Assembly (NCBI GenBank): GCA_964515055.1
Contig: CAZEUG010000002.1
Coordinates: 38,032-102,031 of the forward strand
DNA from: an uncultured Oscillospiraceae bacterium
GTDB lineage: Bacteria > Bacillota > Clostridia > Oscillospirales > QAMX01
Direction of reading: 5' to 3'
DNA: 64,000 nt
Shown here piece after piece: positions 10,611 through 22,008 of the stretch. Numbering within the stretch: position 1 is the stretch's first letter; every line of letters starts with the position of its first letter. Under the pieces are notes generated by a model, which was given only the letters and a program-made list of their open reading frames with translations, made no database searches and was not told where the DNA came from. A program made the position numbers and the translations under genes.

Positions 10611-10647
10611 AAAACAGCCATCTCCTTTGAATCAATTGATTTTTGAT

Positions 10648-12087
10648 TTAATACTGTCTGCCCCAGACCACCAGATGCTTGGCCGGTTTCCCGCAGCAGA
10701 CGCAGACGTCGCCGATGGGCTCGCCGTCAAACGGAATGCAGCGGCTCTTGACACCGCCGGTTTCATCCTTCAGCTGGTTTTCGCAGGCTTCGTCGCCGCA
10801 CCACATTCCGCGGATGAAGCCCGGATGGTTTTTGGCAAGATCCAGGAATTCGTCGTGGTTGTGCGCATCGTGCGTTTTCTGATGCAGATTGTCGAGTGCG
10901 CGCTGGTACAGACCGTCATGCACCGCCTGCAGCGCGTCAGCCACGGCTGTCTCCAGCTGATCCAGCGATACGGCGATTTTTTCGCGGTTGTCGCGGCGAA
11001 CCAGAACGCAGGCGTTGTTTTCAATGTCACGCGGGCCGATTTCCAGGCGCAGCGGAATGCCCTTCATCTCGCACTGGCTGAACTTCCAGCCGGCGGAGTT
11101 GTCGCTGACATCGACGGAAACGCGGAACGAACGGCTCAGGCGGGCGCGGAGCTCCTCCGCCTTTTCCAGAACGCCCGGCTTATGTGAGGCGATCGGCAGA
11201 ATCATGACCTGAATCGGTGCGATGCCCGGCGGCAGAATCAGTCCGCTGTCGTCGCCGTGGGTCATAATGACGGCGCCGATCATCCGGGTGGAGACACCCC
11301 AGGACGTCTGATGCGGATATTTCAGCTGGTTATTCCGGTCGGAGTAGGTGATCTCAAAGGCGCGGGCGAAGCCGTCACCGAAATAGTGCGATGTGCCACC
11401 CTGCAGTGCGACGCCGTTGTGCATCATAGGCTCGATCGTGTAGGTTTCGACAGCACCGGCAAACTTTTCCTTATCGGTTTTCCGGCCGGTAATTGCCGGG
11501 ATGGCCAGCGTTTCGCGGTAGAAATCCTCATAGCACTTCAGCATCCGGAGTGTTTCTGCGCGGGCTTCTTCTTCGGTTTCGTGCATGGTATGGCCTTCCT
11601 GCCACAGAAATTCCGAGGTGCGGAGGAAGGGGCGCGTGGTCTTTTCCCAGCGCACAACGCTGCACCACTGGTTATACAGCTTCGGCAGGTCGCGGTAGGA
11701 GTGAATGATATTCTTATAGTGTTCGCAGAACAGCGTTTCTGACGTCGGACGGACGCAGAGGCGTTCCGCCAGCTCCTGCTGGCCGCCGTGCGTGACCCAG
11801 GCCACCTCCGGTGCAAAGCCCTCGACATGGTCCTTTTCCTTTTGCAGCAGGCTCTCCGGGATGAACATCGGCATATAGAGATTCTCGTGCCCCAGTTCCT
11901 TGAAGCGTCTGTCGAGATCGTGCTGCATATTCTCCCAGATTGCGTAGCCATACGGGCGAATGACCATGCAGCCCTTGACGCCCGAATAGTCAGCCAGCTC
12001 GGCCTTTTTAACGACGTCTGTGTACCATTGCGCAAAATCAACGTCCATCGACGTGATCTGCTCCACCATCTTTTTTTCCTGTGACAT
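10648..12087 (-). CDS. proS: Proline--tRNA ligase (archaeal/eukaryote-like type with C-terminal Zn-binding domain)
   Basis: Class II aaRS motifs ([19 protein letters not shown]), no INS editing domain, C-terminal CxxC...YxxxWGRQY-type tail. Start re-picked at [10 protein letters not shown]. Confidence 0.92.
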   Translation of the reverse strand: MSQEKKMVEQITSMDVDFAQWYTDVVKKAELADYSGVKGCMVIRPYGYAIWENMQHDLDRRFKELGHENLYMPMFIPESLLQKEKDHVEGFAPEVAWVTHGGQQELAERLCVRPTSETLFCEHYKNIIHSYRDLPKLYNQWCSVVRWEKTTRPFLRTSEFLWQEGHTMHETEEEARAETLRMLKCYEDFYRETLAIPAITGRKTDKEKFAGAVETYTIEPMMHNGVALQGGTSHYFGDGFARAFEITYSDRNNQLKYPHQTSWGVSTRMIGAVIMTHGDDSGLILPPGIAPIQVMILPIASHKPGVLEKAEELRARLSRSFRVSVDVSDNSAGWKFSQCEMKGIPLRLEIGPRDIENNACVLVRRDNREKIAVSLDQLETAVADALQAVHDGLYQRALDNLHQKTHDAHNHDEFLDLAKNHPGFIRGMWCGDEACENQLKDETGGVKSRCIPFDGEPIGDVCVCCGKPAKHLVVWGRQY

Positions 12088-12134
12088 AAAGATGTCCTTT
12101 CGTTCTGTGTATTTCTGTATCCGTTGCTTCCGTC

Positions 12135-13802
12135 CTACGGGGCGGGGTTCACTTCGACAATCTGGGTCTGGCTCTTGTAATAGCTCTTGTTGGCCAGGCG
12201 GCGCTCCAGCAGCGTGTCGCCGTTGTAGATGAGCTGATACGTTTCGCACTGATACCCATCTTTTCCGCGCTGCGTCTGCCGCTGCGTTCCATAGGCCAGG
12301 GTTTCATTGTAAACATATTCCGTCGAATACGGGTAGGTATGCGTGGTCACGGTTTCCACCTCGACGTGGCGGTTGGGATCCGTTTTCGTGCCGTACAGGC
12401 AGACCGTCAGGGTGCCGTCCTGCATCACGGCGCTGACGCGGACAGGATAGGCGGTATTGTTGACAAACCGGTAGTCCAGATAGCCCCACTGCACCGTGGC
12501 GTCCTGACCCAGCGGCACATAGTCCACCGTGTATGCATGGACGGCGCGTTCGGTCACTTCCAGATCGGCGCGCAGTGTCGCCAGATAGATGGTTGAGGAG
12601 ACCTGGCAGATGCCGCCGCCGGTTCCGTCCACCATTTCGCCGCCGGCAAAAACGATGGCCGGTTTGAAGCCGCGCGCCTCCGTGCGTTCGCCGACAATCC
12701 TGTTGAAGGAGAACTCCTCGCCCGGCAGCAGAATGATCTCATTGACCTTTTCCGTCGCCAGCTTCAGGTTGGTGGTGCGGTTGGCTTCGGCGCTGTTATA
12801 CGGGGAGACCGCCTGTCCGAGTACATCGCGGAAGAGCAGCTCGCCGAGCATCTGCTTGGTCATCTGCGGGGTGGTGTAGATAAAGGGATAGGTTTTCTCC
12901 GTCCACGCCTCTTCGCTCTGCATATCCTCATTGAGCTGATAGATATCAATGTCTTTTCCGATGACTTCCTCGACAATCTGATAGCCGCGGGAACCGGATT
13001 TTTCGACATAGGCGTCCTGTGCCGCGACACAGAAGGTTTCCCGGAGGATGTTCCAGTCCGGAATTTCCGCCTTTGTGACCTTCGGCTCGACAACATACTC
13101 GCCATACGATCCGGTTTCCAGCATGGAATGCACGGTATCGCCCAGAGCGGTACGGTTGATCTCGACGCCGTCATTGCCGCGGGTGATCGTCAGGCCGTTG
13201 CTGTCCAGCAGATAGCTGTACGCCCTGTATGTTTTCTCCACGGAGGCCACAAGCGAATCGAGCGCCTGATTGACCGCGTCCCGGTCATAGCCGTTCAGGC
13301 CGGAGACGGAGAGCTTATGCTGTGCTTCGGATTTGATCAGCGCATAGCGGCGGAAGACCGAACGTTCCCGCCCGTATGCATACGCCTGATGGGCAATCGA
13401 CTGTGCGTCAATCCCGGTCATGATGTCGCGGGCCTGAATGGTGACGCTCTGATCCAGGCAGCGAACCGTCAGGCTGCGGCTGGAAAAATAGTTTTCGCTG
13501 TACTCATTCAGGGCGTTGACGGCTTCATCCTCCGTCATGCCGCCGAGCTGCACGCCGAGCGCCGTGACGCCGGGATAAATCCGGTCATAGCGGTTCACGC
13601 GGCTGCACATCAGCACGAGGCAGACGATGCCCGTCAGGAGCAGCAGCGAGAAGACGCTGATGCAGACCCCAAAAAAGGCCGGGCTGAGCCCCAGAATTTT
13701 TTTCCTGCTCTTGGCCTGCAGGTTGATTTCCGTTGTGCGGAACTGTTTTTCATCCCCCGGGTCATCCGGGAGCTGATCCAGAATTTTCTTCCAGTTATTC
13801 AA
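12135..13802 (-). CDS. VanW-domain protein (paralogue of 7745-9424)
   Basis: [14 protein letters not shown] signature, N-terminal TM helix, same domain order as the first VanW gene. Confidence 0.85.
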   Translation of the reverse strand: MNNWKKILDQLPDDPGDEKQFRTTEINLQAKSRKKILGLSPAFFGVCISVFSLLLLTGIVCLVLMCSRVNRYDRIYPGVTALGVQLGGMTEDEAVNALNEYSENYFSSRSLTVRCLDQSVTIQARDIMTGIDAQSIAHQAYAYGRERSVFRRYALIKSEAQHKLSVSGLNGYDRDAVNQALDSLVASVEKTYRAYSYLLDSNGLTITRGNDGVEINRTALGDTVHSMLETGSYGEYVVEPKVTKAEIPDWNILRETFCVAAQDAYVEKSGSRGYQIVEEVIGKDIDIYQLNEDMQSEEAWTEKTYPFIYTTPQMTKQMLGELLFRDVLGQAVSPYNSAEANRTTNLKLATEKVNEIILLPGEEFSFNRIVGERTEARGFKPAIVFAGGEMVDGTGGGICQVSSTIYLATLRADLEVTERAVHAYTVDYVPLGQDATVQWGYLDYRFVNNTAYPVRVSAVMQDGTLTVCLYGTKTDPNRHVEVETVTTHTYPYSTEYVYNETLAYGTQRQTQRGKDGYQCETYQLIYNGDTLLERRLANKSYYKSQTQIVEVNPAP

Positions 13803-13941
13803 AATCGTCTCTCCTTTCGGAAGATCGCATGATGCTGCGCGATTCCATGGTGTATGATATCATAAAATACACACAGGCGGCAACAACAGTGCGGTTACGA
13901 TTTGGGAACGGTTCGGATACGAACGCGACCGCCATGGGCGA

Positions 13942-15339
13942 TTAGAAGCCGAAATAGGCTTTGGCGTTGTCGTGTGAAATGCCTGCGACAATCCGGTTCA
14001 GCAGTGCCGGGTCGTTCGGGAATTCCCCGTCATCGACCCATGTGCCGATCAGGTTGCAGAGGATGCGGCGGAAGTATTCATGGCGCGGATAGGACAGGAA
14101 GCTGCGGGAGTCGGTCAGCATACCGACAAAGGTGGACAGCAGGTTCAGGCTGGCCGTTTCGCGGAGCTGCTTTTCCATCCCGTCCTTATGGTCAATGAAC
14201 CACCAGGCGGAGCCGAACTGCGTTTTGCCCCGGACACCTGTCCCTGTGAAGCAGCCGCAGAGAGCCAGCATGGCGTAGAAATCCTTCGGGTTCAGCGTGT
14301 AGAGAATGGTGCGCGGCAGCTCGGATTCCCGGTCAATCCGATCCAGCATACGCGACAGGCTGGAAGCGACTTCAAAGTCAGACATGGTGTCGAAGCCGGT
14401 ATCCTTGCCGATGCGGTTGAACATTTTGGTGCTGTTGTTCCGCATGGCGCCGCAGTGCAGCTGCATCGTCCAGTCTTTTTTGGCAAAATAACCAGCCAGG
14501 CAGAAGAGGATGTAGGATTTGTATCCGTCCGCTTCCTCAGTGGTCAGGGTGCCGCCGTTCATTTTCTTGGCAAACACGCGCTGCGCTTCCGCGCCATCCG
14601 CCTGTGTCGCCGGGAGGCGGCCAAAGTCATGGTCGGAGAGGCGGCAGCCGTGTTCGGCAAAATAGTCCACGCGGCGATACAGCGCCGTCAGCACGTCCTC
14701 CGCATTCTGAATTGCGACACCGGACACATCGGCCAGCTTGGCGATATAGTCGGCGAAATCGTCCTTTTCGATCAGGACAGCGCGATCCGGACGGAAGGTC
14801 GGGCGGACTGAGCAGCCCGATACCGGGTTGTTGGCAATGGACTGATGCCATTCCAGCGAATCGATCGGGTCGTCCGTTGTGCAGATGACCTCGACGTTGG
14901 AGGAGGTGATGAAGCTGCGGGCAGACGTTTCCGGCCTGGCCAGCACGGCGTTCATCTGGTCATACAGCTCTCTCGCATTGTCCGCGGTCAGTGCTTCGTC
15001 AATCCCGAAGAAGTGGTGCATTTCCAGGTGCGTCCAGTGGTAGAGCGGGTTGCCGACGGCGCATTCCAGCGTTTTGGCATAGGCCAGGAATTTGTCGAAA
15101 TCGTCGGCATCGCCCGTGATGTAGGCTTCATCCACACCGGCCAGGCGCATCAGACGCCATTTGTAATGGTCGCCGCCGAGCCACGCCTCCGTGATGGTCT
15201 GATAGCGGCGGTCGCCTGCAATTTCAGCCGGGCTGAGGTGGCAGTGATAGTCGATGATCGGGAGGGATTCTGCAACGGAATGAAACAGGTTCTGTGCGGT
15301 TTTTCCCTTCAGGAGGAAATTTTCATGCATGAATTTCAT
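13942..15339 (-). CDS. uxaC: Glucuronate isomerase
   Basis: MKFMHENFLLKGKTAQNLFH...PIIDYHCHLSPAEIA matches the UxaC N-terminus. Start re-picked at the ATG at 15339. Confidence 0.9.
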   Translation of the reverse strand: MKFMHENFLLKGKTAQNLFHSVAESLPIIDYHCHLSPAEIAGDRRYQTITEAWLGGDHYKWRLMRLAGVDEAYITGDADDFDKFLAYAKTLECAVGNPLYHWTHLEMHHFFGIDEALTADNARELYDQMNAVLARPETSARSFITSSNVEVICTTDDPIDSLEWHQSIANNPVSGCSVRPTFRPDRAVLIEKDDFADYIAKLADVSGVAIQNAEDVLTALYRRVDYFAEHGCRLSDHDFGRLPATQADGAEAQRVFAKKMNGGTLTTEEADGYKSYILFCLAGYFAKKDWTMQLHCGAMRNNSTKMFNRIGKDTGFDTMSDFEVASSLSRMLDRIDRESELPRTILYTLNPKDFYAMLALCGCFTGTGVRGKTQFGSAWWFIDHKDGMEKQLRETASLNLLSTFVGMLTDSRSFLSYPRHEYFRRILCNLIGTWVDDGEFPNDPALLNRIVAGISHDNAKAYFGF

Positions 15340-15349
15340 GTGGATGACC

Positions 15350-16729
15350 TCATTTCTCTTGTATAGTGGTTGAACCGGCCAGCTGTGCCGCAACGCGGTT
15401 GACGTTGCCTGCACCGCAGGTCAGGATCAGGTCGCCCGGCTGTGCCATTGCGGCCAGGCAGACCGCAGCATCGTCCAGGGCGGGGATATATTGTGCGCCG
15501 GGAATCTCCGCCGTCAGGTCGGCAGAGGAAATCCCGAAGGTATTCTGTTCGCGTGCGGAATAAATATCCGTACAGACAACGACATCGGCCAGCCGCAGCA
15601 CCTCGCAGAAGCGATCCTTCAGTGCGACGGTTCTGGAATACGTATGCGGCTGGAACAGGCAGATGACCCGTTGGAAGCCGAGCGTTTTGGCGGTTTTCAG
15701 CGTGGTTTCCAGTTCGTCCGGATGGTGGGCGTAGTCATCCACCACGACGGCGCCGTTGCAGGTGCCGATGCGCTGGAAGCGGCGCAGCACGCCGGTATAG
15801 CTCTGGAGTCCGCGGGCAATGACATCCGGGGCGAAGCCGTAGCCGCGGAGTACGGCGGCGACAGCCAACGAATTGTCCAGGTTGTGCTGTCCGGGGACGG
15901 CCAGCTCGATTTCGCAGAGCGGCGTCCCGTTTTCGGTCAGGGTATAGGCCGCGCAGCCCTGCTGCATCCGAACAGCTTCCGCCCGGTATTGTCCGTCGCC
16001 GCCAAACGTCAGGATGCGGCGATTCAGACCGGTAACGGCGCGCATGGCGTTTTCATTGGCCGCATTCACAACGAGCAGCCCGTGCTCCGGTGTATGCTCA
16101 GCAAACACGCGAAACGCGCCGATGATCTCCTCGATTCCGGAATAATAGTCGAGATGATCGGGCTCAACATTCAAAATCACAGCCGTTTCCGGATACAGCT
16201 CGTGGAAGGAGCGGCAGTATTCGCACGACTCCGCAACGAACCAGGGGCTGTGACCCAGTGTATAGGTGCCGTGAATTTCCGGCAGCGGTGCGCCGAGGAA
16301 CGCAGTCGGCGACTGGTCATCCTGCAGCAGCACATGGGTCAGCATACCGGAAACCGTCGATTTTCCATGTGTGCCCGAAACGCCGATCGAATGCGGGTAT
16401 TCGCGCATGATCTGTCCGAGCACCTGCGGGCGCTCAAGGATGGGAATGCCGGCTGCCCGCGCATAGGCGATATCCGGTGAGGTGTCGGCAATGGCGGCGT
16501 TGCGGACGATGACTGCTGCGCCTGCGACATATTCCGGCCGGTGTCCGATGGCGACCGGGATGCCATGCTCGCGCAGCATGGCGGTATTCTCGGATTCGTC
16601 GCGGTCACTGCCGGTGATGTGGGCACCGCGCCGGGCAAGTTCCAGCGCAAGAGAGGACATCATGACGCCGCCGATTCCGATGAAGTGAATCCGTGCATGG
16701 TTTGCAACGGCCTGTTCAAGCTGTTTCAT
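15350..16729 (-). CDS. murC: UDP-N-acetylmuramate--L-alanine ligase
   Basis: IHFIGIGGVMMSSLA Rossmann N-terminus and GTHGKST P-loop; Mur ligase architecture. Confidence 0.92.
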   Translation of the reverse strand: MKQLEQAVANHARIHFIGIGGVMMSSLALELARRGAHITGSDRDESENTAMLREHGIPVAIGHRPEYVAGAAVIVRNAAIADTSPDIAYARAAGIPILERPQVLGQIMREYPHSIGVSGTHGKSTVSGMLTHVLLQDDQSPTAFLGAPLPEIHGTYTLGHSPWFVAESCEYCRSFHELYPETAVILNVEPDHLDYYSGIEEIIGAFRVFAEHTPEHGLLVVNAANENAMRAVTGLNRRILTFGGDGQYRAEAVRMQQGCAAYTLTENGTPLCEIELAVPGQHNLDNSLAVAAVLRGYGFAPDVIARGLQSYTGVLRRFQRIGTCNGAVVVDDYAHHPDELETTLKTAKTLGFQRVICLFQPHTYSRTVALKDRFCEVLRLADVVVCTDIYSAREQNTFGISSADLTAEIPGAQYIPALDDAAVCLAAMAQPGDLILTCGAGNVNRVAAQLAGSTTIQEK

Positions 16730-16764
16730 GCTGAAACAATCGCCTCCGATTTCACGATTTGGCA

Positions 16765-17802
16765 CTACATCCGCTGAATCTGCCGTTTGCGGGCGATGTT
16801 CAGCGTTCCGTCCTGCATGGCGGTCAGGTTGTCAAGCGCTTTGCCGGTTCCGTAGGCCACGCACGACACCGCGTCCTCTGCAATGTGTGTTTCAATCCCG
16901 GTATGGGATGCAATCAGCCGGTCAAAGCCGTAGACGAGGCTGCCGCCGCCGGTCATGGTGATGCCGTTGGTGGAGATGTCGGAGACCAGCTCCGGTGGTG
17001 TCCGTTCCAGTACGGAGTGTACTGCCTCGATGATATTCACGGTGACTTCTTCGAATGCTTCCATGATCTCCGAGGAGCTGACCATGAAGACCTTCGGCAG
17101 GCCGGACATCAGGCAGCGCCCCTTGACGTCCATCGTCAGATCCTCCGGGCGCGGATAGACGCAGCCGATGTTGATTTTCAGCTCCTCCGCTGTGCGTTCG
17201 CCGATCATGACGTTGTGTTTGCGCTTGATGTATTTGATGATGGCTTCATCGAACTTGTCACCTGCGATTTTGATCGAGCAGGATTCCACAATGCCGCCCA
17301 GGGACATGACGGCGATATCCGTTGTGCCGCCGCCGATATCGACGACCATGTTGCCGTTGGGCTTGGTGATGTCGATGCCTGCGCCGATGGCTGCTGCGAC
17401 CGGCTCCTCAATCAGGTTGACCTGTCGGCCGCCGGCCTGCAGACCCGCGTCAAAGACGGCGCGTTCCTCCACCTCCGTGATACCGCTCGGCACGCAGATC
17501 ACGATGCGCGGTTTGAACAGGCGAAAGCCGCAGACCTTCTTGATAAATTCGCGAATCATGCGCTGTGTGATTTCATAATCCGAAATCACGCCGTCTCGCA
17601 GCGGACGGATGGCAACGATGTTGCCGGGGGTGCGACCCAGCATCCGCTGAGCCTCCGTGCCGATGGCCAGCATCCGGCCGGTTTCCTTATTCAGCGCAAC
17701 CACGCTCGGTTCGCGCAGAACAATCCCTTTTCCTTTGACATAAACAAGGATCGTCGCGGTCCCGAGATCGATCCCGATGTCGCTTGTAAACATATCTGTC
17801 AT
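16765..17802 (-). CDS. mreB: Rod shape-determining actin homologue MreB/Mbl
   Basis: DIGIDLGTATILVYV and VVDIGGGTTDIAV actin-fold phosphate motifs. Confidence 0.9.
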   Translation of the reverse strand: MTDMFTSDIGIDLGTATILVYVKGKGIVLREPSVVALNKETGRMLAIGTEAQRMLGRTPGNIVAIRPLRDGVISDYEITQRMIREFIKKVCGFRLFKPRIVICVPSGITEVEERAVFDAGLQAGGRQVNLIEEPVAAAIGAGIDITKPNGNMVVDIGGGTTDIAVMSLGGIVESCSIKIAGDKFDEAIIKYIKRKHNVMIGERTAEELKINIGCVYPRPEDLTMDVKGRCLMSGLPKVFMVSSSEIMEAFEEVTVNIIEAVHSVLERTPPELVSDISTNGITMTGGGSLVYGFDRLIASHTGIETHIAEDAVSCVAYGTGKALDNLTAMQDGTLNIARKRQIQRM

Positions 17803-17877
17803 CACAGTCTTTCTGAACGATTCTTCTGATGATATCAATCTATTCTATATTATATAACATTCGTGCGTTCATTTCAA

Positions 17878-18594
17878 CTACTTTTCTGTTTTTTGCTTCG
17901 TTCGGGCAATTGTCACGCAGACAACCTCCTCCGGCAGCAGGTAGGATACCGTTTTAGCGGCCTCGGCGAGGGTGGCGCCGGTGGTCAGAATGTCGTCTGC
18001 CAGCAGGATGCGTTTGCCGATGGCCAGCGGTGCGCTGTTGGCAGCCGGGGTGAACACGCCAATGACGTTTGCGCGGCGCTGCTTCTCGTCCAATGCGGAC
18101 TGCGGTGGGGTATCAGTCGTCTTTTCGATCAGCCGTGCAAGGGGCAGCTCCAGCCGTTCGGCCAGCGCTTCCGCAAACAGCCGCGCCTGATCATAGCCGC
18201 GCTCTCGCAGTCGAGCCGTTGAGACAGGGACATAGGTGACGAGCTCCGGCATGGCCAGACTGCCGTCACAGACGGCGCGGCGAACAGCCTCCGCCGCGTA
18301 GGCGGCAAACACCGGTGCATAGGAGCGGACACCCTGGAATTTGTATCGCAGCACGGAATCGCGCAATGCGCCTTCATAGTAAAACGGTGCCACGATGAAC
18401 GAGGCGAAGGAAATCTGGCGTGTTTTCGCCGTCTGGCATTCCGCGCCGCTTGCCGCCGTTTTCGGCAACTGATCCTCACAGGCCGAACAGACCGCGTTCT
18501 CCGCGCCGTCCACGATTCGGCGGCAGATCGGGCAGCGCGAGGGATACAGGACAGACACCAGTCCCTTTCCGATTCGACGCAGCTGCTTCAGCAT
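17878..18594 (-). CDS. comF: ComF-family protein (phosphoribosyltransferase domain, N-terminal Cys4 motif)
   Basis: CPICRR...CSAC zinc motif and PRTase loop ILLADDILTTGATL. Overlaps the recD2 stop. Confidence 0.8.
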   Translation of the reverse strand: MLKQLRRIGKGLVSVLYPSRCPICRRIVDGAENAVCSACEDQLPKTAASGAECQTAKTRQISFASFIVAPFYYEGALRDSVLRYKFQGVRSYAPVFAAYAAEAVRRAVCDGSLAMPELVTYVPVSTARLRERGYDQARLFAEALAERLELPLARLIEKTTDTPPQSALDEKQRRANVIGVFTPAANSAPLAIGKRILLADDILTTGATLAEAAKTVSYLLPEEVVCVTIARTKQKTEK

Positions 18595-20846
18595 GGCTCT
18601 TCGCCCGCCTGATAGGCCGTCAGCCGCACCAGAAATCCGCTGTAGCGCTTCAGACGCCGCCGGTTTTCCACCATGGCCGCCACGGATTCCGGGTTGCCGA
18701 CAATGATCAGCAGCTCCTTGGCGCGGGTCATGGCCGTATAAAACAGGTTGCGGTTGACCAGTCGGGAGCGAACGAGCGACGCGACAAAGATGACGGCGCG
18801 GAATTCGCTGCCCTGCGCCTTGTGGACGGTAATGGCATAGGCGTGTTCCAGATCGTTGAGCATATCAAACGCGTAGTCGCAGGATTTGTCATCGAATTCG
18901 ACCGTAACCGTCTGTGCAGACGGATTGATCTGGCGAATGACGCCGATATCGCCGTTGAAGACGCCGCGCCCCTCTTCCGTTGCGGGCATTCCCGGCTGGC
19001 GCTTCCATTCGAGATCGTAGTTGTTTCGGATTTGCATGACGCGATCGCCGACGCGGAACGTCGTCCGGCCGTTGGCGCGCTCCGCCTTGCCCTCCGCAGC
19101 CGGGTTGATCAGATCCCGCAGCACCTCATTCAGGCGAATCACGCCCTCCGCATATTGGCGGGACGGCGACAGCACCTGGATGTCCTCCGGCGGAATGCCC
19201 ATGTTTTTGGGCAGACGGCGCGTGCAGAGATCGGCAACCGTAGCAACCACCTCATCGCCCGTCCGGCGGTTCAGGAAAAAGAAATCTTTTTTATTGTTGG
19301 AAAGTTTCGGCTGTTCGCCGCGATTGACGGCGTGTGCATTCATCACGATGTCGCTTTCCTGTGCCTGGCGAAAGACCTCATCGAGGTGAATCGAGCGCGC
19401 CAGTCCGCTCCGGATGACATCCGACAGCACGGTGCCCGGGCCGACAGAGGGCAGCTGATCCGGGTCTCCGACCAGAATCAGGCGGCAGCTGTTTTTTACG
19501 GCGCGGAGCAGCGATGCAAACAGTGGCAGATCGACCATGGAGACCTCGTCCAGAATCACAGTATCCGCATCGAGCGGGTTGTTTTCGTTGCGGGCAAAGC
19601 GCAGGCCGTTGTCCGCGTAGGTCACCTCCAGCAGTCGGTGAATCGTTTTCGCTTCGCGGCCGCACAGCTCGCTGAGCCGTTTGGCTGCGCGGCCGGTCGG
19701 TGCGGCCAGCAGTGTTTTGGCGTTCATGCGGTCGAGCAGGCCGAGCATTCCGCGCACGGCAGTCGTTTTCCCGGTGCCCGGCCCGCCGGTCAGCACCATG
19801 ACCGGTTCGGCCACCGATGCGGCCACCGCTTCGCGCTGTTTCGCAGAAAAAGCAAAGCCAAAGCTCTGCTCCAGCTCCGTAATGGCCTTATCCACGCCGC
19901 GCGGCGGTTCATAGCGGCGCGACGCTAAAAAGACCAGTCGGCGCGCCGTGGCGTCCTCCGCTTCGTACATTTCCCGGAGGTAGCACATCGTCACGCCGTT
20001 GATCGGGCAGAGAACGATGGTTTCGGCGGCGCGCATCAGCTCCATGGCTTCGGAGACAAGCTCCGGATCCAGCGACAAAAACTGCGCCGTCACATCCGTC
20101 AGGCGGTCGAGCGGCAGGCAGACGTGGCCTTCATTTTCGTTATAGGACAGCTCAAATGCAATCCCCGCCTGGATACGTTCGAGCGATTCCGGGCCAAAGC
20201 CGAAGCTCTGCGCCATCTGATCGACCTGTCGAAAGTCAACGCAGTACGGGTTCAGCACAAGCTGATAGGGGTTTTCCGTGACGAATTCCCGGCTTTTATG
20301 GCCGTAGCGCTTGTAGACGGCCATGGCCACCGAGAGGTCAATGCCGTATTCGGCAAAAAATGTCATCAGTTCGCAGACGGCAATCTTCGTCCGCAGCTCG
20401 GCCGAAATCGCCTCGGCCATTCTCTGGGTGATGCCTCGGATGGAGAGGAGCTCTTCGGGGTGATTTTCGAGAATTTCAAAGGTTTCGATGCCGAATTTGG
20501 AGACGATTTTCCGGGCAGTGACCGGGCCGATGCCCTTGATCGCGCCGGAGGCCAGATAGCGCAGAATCGCGCCCGTCTCCGCCGGGAGCATCCGGTCAAT
20601 GTGCGTGCATTTCAGCTGGCTGCCGTAGATGGCATGAGTCGTATAGACGCCCTCGGCATAAATGCTTTCGCCTTCTCCGGGGTATGGAATGGTGCCGACG
20701 GCCGTCACAACGCCGCCTTCGGCCAGCTCCACCTCAATCACCGAGTAGCCGTTTTCTTCATTTGTATAGACCACGGACACAATGTCCCCGCTGATGGTCA
20801 CTGTTTCTCCGGCATCGGCCGAAACGGCATGGTATGCTTCCGTCAA
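18588..20846 (-). CDS. recD2: RecD2-like SF1B ATP-dependent DNA helicase
   Basis: 752 aa; GGPGTGKTT Walker A, DEVSMVD Walker B, C-terminal YAITVHKAQGSEF. TTG start 9 nt after AGGAGG. Confidence 0.88.
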   Translation of the reverse strand: MTEAYHAVSADAGETVTISGDIVSVVYTNEENGYSVIEVELAEGGVVTAVGTIPYPGEGESIYAEGVYTTHAIYGSQLKCTHIDRMLPAETGAILRYLASGAIKGIGPVTARKIVSKFGIETFEILENHPEELLSIRGITQRMAEAISAELRTKIAVCELMTFFAEYGIDLSVAMAVYKRYGHKSREFVTENPYQLVLNPYCVDFRQVDQMAQSFGFGPESLERIQAGIAFELSYNENEGHVCLPLDRLTDVTAQFLSLDPELVSEAMELMRAAETIVLCPINGVTMCYLREMYEAEDATARRLVFLASRRYEPPRGVDKAITELEQSFGFAFSAKQREAVAASVAEPVMVLTGGPGTGKTTAVRGMLGLLDRMNAKTLLAAPTGRAAKRLSELCGREAKTIHRLLEVTYADNGLRFARNENNPLDADTVILDEVSMVDLPLFASLLRAVKNSCRLILVGDPDQLPSVGPGTVLSDVIRSGLARSIHLDEVFRQAQESDIVMNAHAVNRGEQPKLSNNKKDFFFLNRRTGDEVVATVADLCTRRLPKNMGIPPEDIQVLSPSRQYAEGVIRLNEVLRDLINPAAEGKAERANGRTTFRVGDRVMQIRNNYDLEWKRQPGMPATEEGRGVFNGDIGVIRQINPSAQTVTVEFDDKSCDYAFDMLNDLEHAYAITVHKAQGSEFRAVIFVASLVRSRLVNRNLFYTAMTRAKELLIIVGNPESVAAMVENRRRLKRYSGFLVRLTAYQAGEEPC

Positions 20847-20962
20847 AGGCGTCCCCTCCTGTCTCCCTTTATTCTACAACACTCCCGGCAAAAAAGCAAG
20901 TATCTTTCTCCGTGTGTGCGATGGGTTGCGCTCCTGTTTTTTCGTTTCGGCTCATTTTTCGC

Positions 20963-21013
20963 AAAAAAACACCTCACTGCTCAGCGGTCGGATGGAGCCT
21001 GGGCAATGAGGTG
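20963..21013 (-). terminator. Intrinsic terminator after the Dabb-family gene
   Basis: Imperfect long hairpin (CACCTCA.../...TGAGGTG) followed on the minus strand by a 7-U run. Confidence 0.5.
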
Positions 21014-21026
21014 GAGGGTGAACGGT

Positions 21027-21308
21027 TCAGCATTCGCAGTCAGCGGCAAGGCGCGTGGCAATCAGGTGGTGAAAGTGTGTCTTCGCTTCCAGATGCAGCG
21101 GGTGAACGGTATAGTTTTGCAGCGCTTCGCGGCTTTCGAATTCGGAATACAGCGCATAATCCGCGCCCTGGTAGGCCTGACGGATTTCCAGGTGCAGCAG
21201 ACCCGGAATCTGCCCCACGAGAGGCTCCAGCGCGGCGCGGACAGTGGCCACGGCCGCCGCCTTGTCGGCGGTTTCCCGGAGGGTATAGAGAACGATATGC
21301 TTGACCAT
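21027..21308 (-). CDS. Dabb (stress-responsive alpha/beta barrel) family protein
   Basis: 93 aa. MVKHIVLYTL...HPLHLEAK pattern typical of Dabb domains. Confidence 0.75.
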   Translation of the reverse strand: MVKHIVLYTLRETADKAAAVATVRAALEPLVGQIPGLLHLEIRQAYQGADYALYSEFESREALQNYTVHPLHLEAKTHFHHLIATRLAADCEC

Positions 21309-21339
21309 ATGGGACAGCTCCTTTTAGCGGTTGGACTGA

Positions 21340-21840
21340 TTATTCCGAGCGCAGCGGTCGGGCGCGGCGGAAGCGCTTTTCACAGGCGCGCTTTTTCCGC
21401 TCCATGCGGCTCGTTTTGTAGGCAAGCGGCTCGACCAGCACGGTATGGATCCCGGCGAGATTGCCGCCGACAATGTCCGTAAAAATCTGGTCGCCGACGG
21501 CAACGGCCTCCCGACGGCGAATCCGCAGCTTCCGGAGCGCACGCAGATAGCCGAACGGCAGGGGCTTCATCGCCATGGAAACGCATTCGACGTTCAGCGC
21601 CTGGCAGAAGGGCAAAACCCGATGCGTTTTGCCGTTGGTCAGGATGCAGATTTGCAGCCCGCTCTCCCGGAGCTGTTGAATCCACCGGGCAATGGGTTCG
21701 CTGGGTTCCGTCTTATAATAGGGGGCGAGGGTGTCATCGAGATCGCAGATCACGGCCTTGACGCCGCGGCTCCGAAGCCATTCGGGGGTCAGGTCACGGA
21801 TGCTGTTCATCTGCGTCACCGGGTAAAATATGCGGGTCAT
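21340..21840 (-). CDS. yqeG: YqeG-family HAD-IIIA phosphatase
   Basis: ICDLDDTL (HAD motif I), ILTNG, VGDQIFTDI motifs. Start re-picked at MTRIFYPVT. Confidence 0.8.
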   Translation of the reverse strand: MTRIFYPVTQMNSIRDLTPEWLRSRGVKAVICDLDDTLAPYYKTEPSEPIARWIQQLRESGLQICILTNGKTHRVLPFCQALNVECVSMAMKPLPFGYLRALRKLRIRRREAVAVGDQIFTDIVGGNLAGIHTVLVEPLAYKTSRMERKKRACEKRFRRARPLRSE

Positions 21841-22008
21841 AGAAGCCTCCGATGCAGTCTGTCCTTCGGCAGCACTGCGTATCGCATCATGATGCCGGTT
21901 TCTGTGCATATTATAGCATTGATGGCGGCGAAATTCCAGCAGATATTGTGTCAGAACCGTAAATTCTTTGGCCAAACCGTCCGATTGTGCAGAGAGGGTG
22001 GATGTTTC

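Noticed and set aside
12088-12134. T-box riboswitch upstream of proS
   Set aside because: Only 47 nt of spacer is available, and no specifier loop, T-box sequence or terminator/antiterminator is present.
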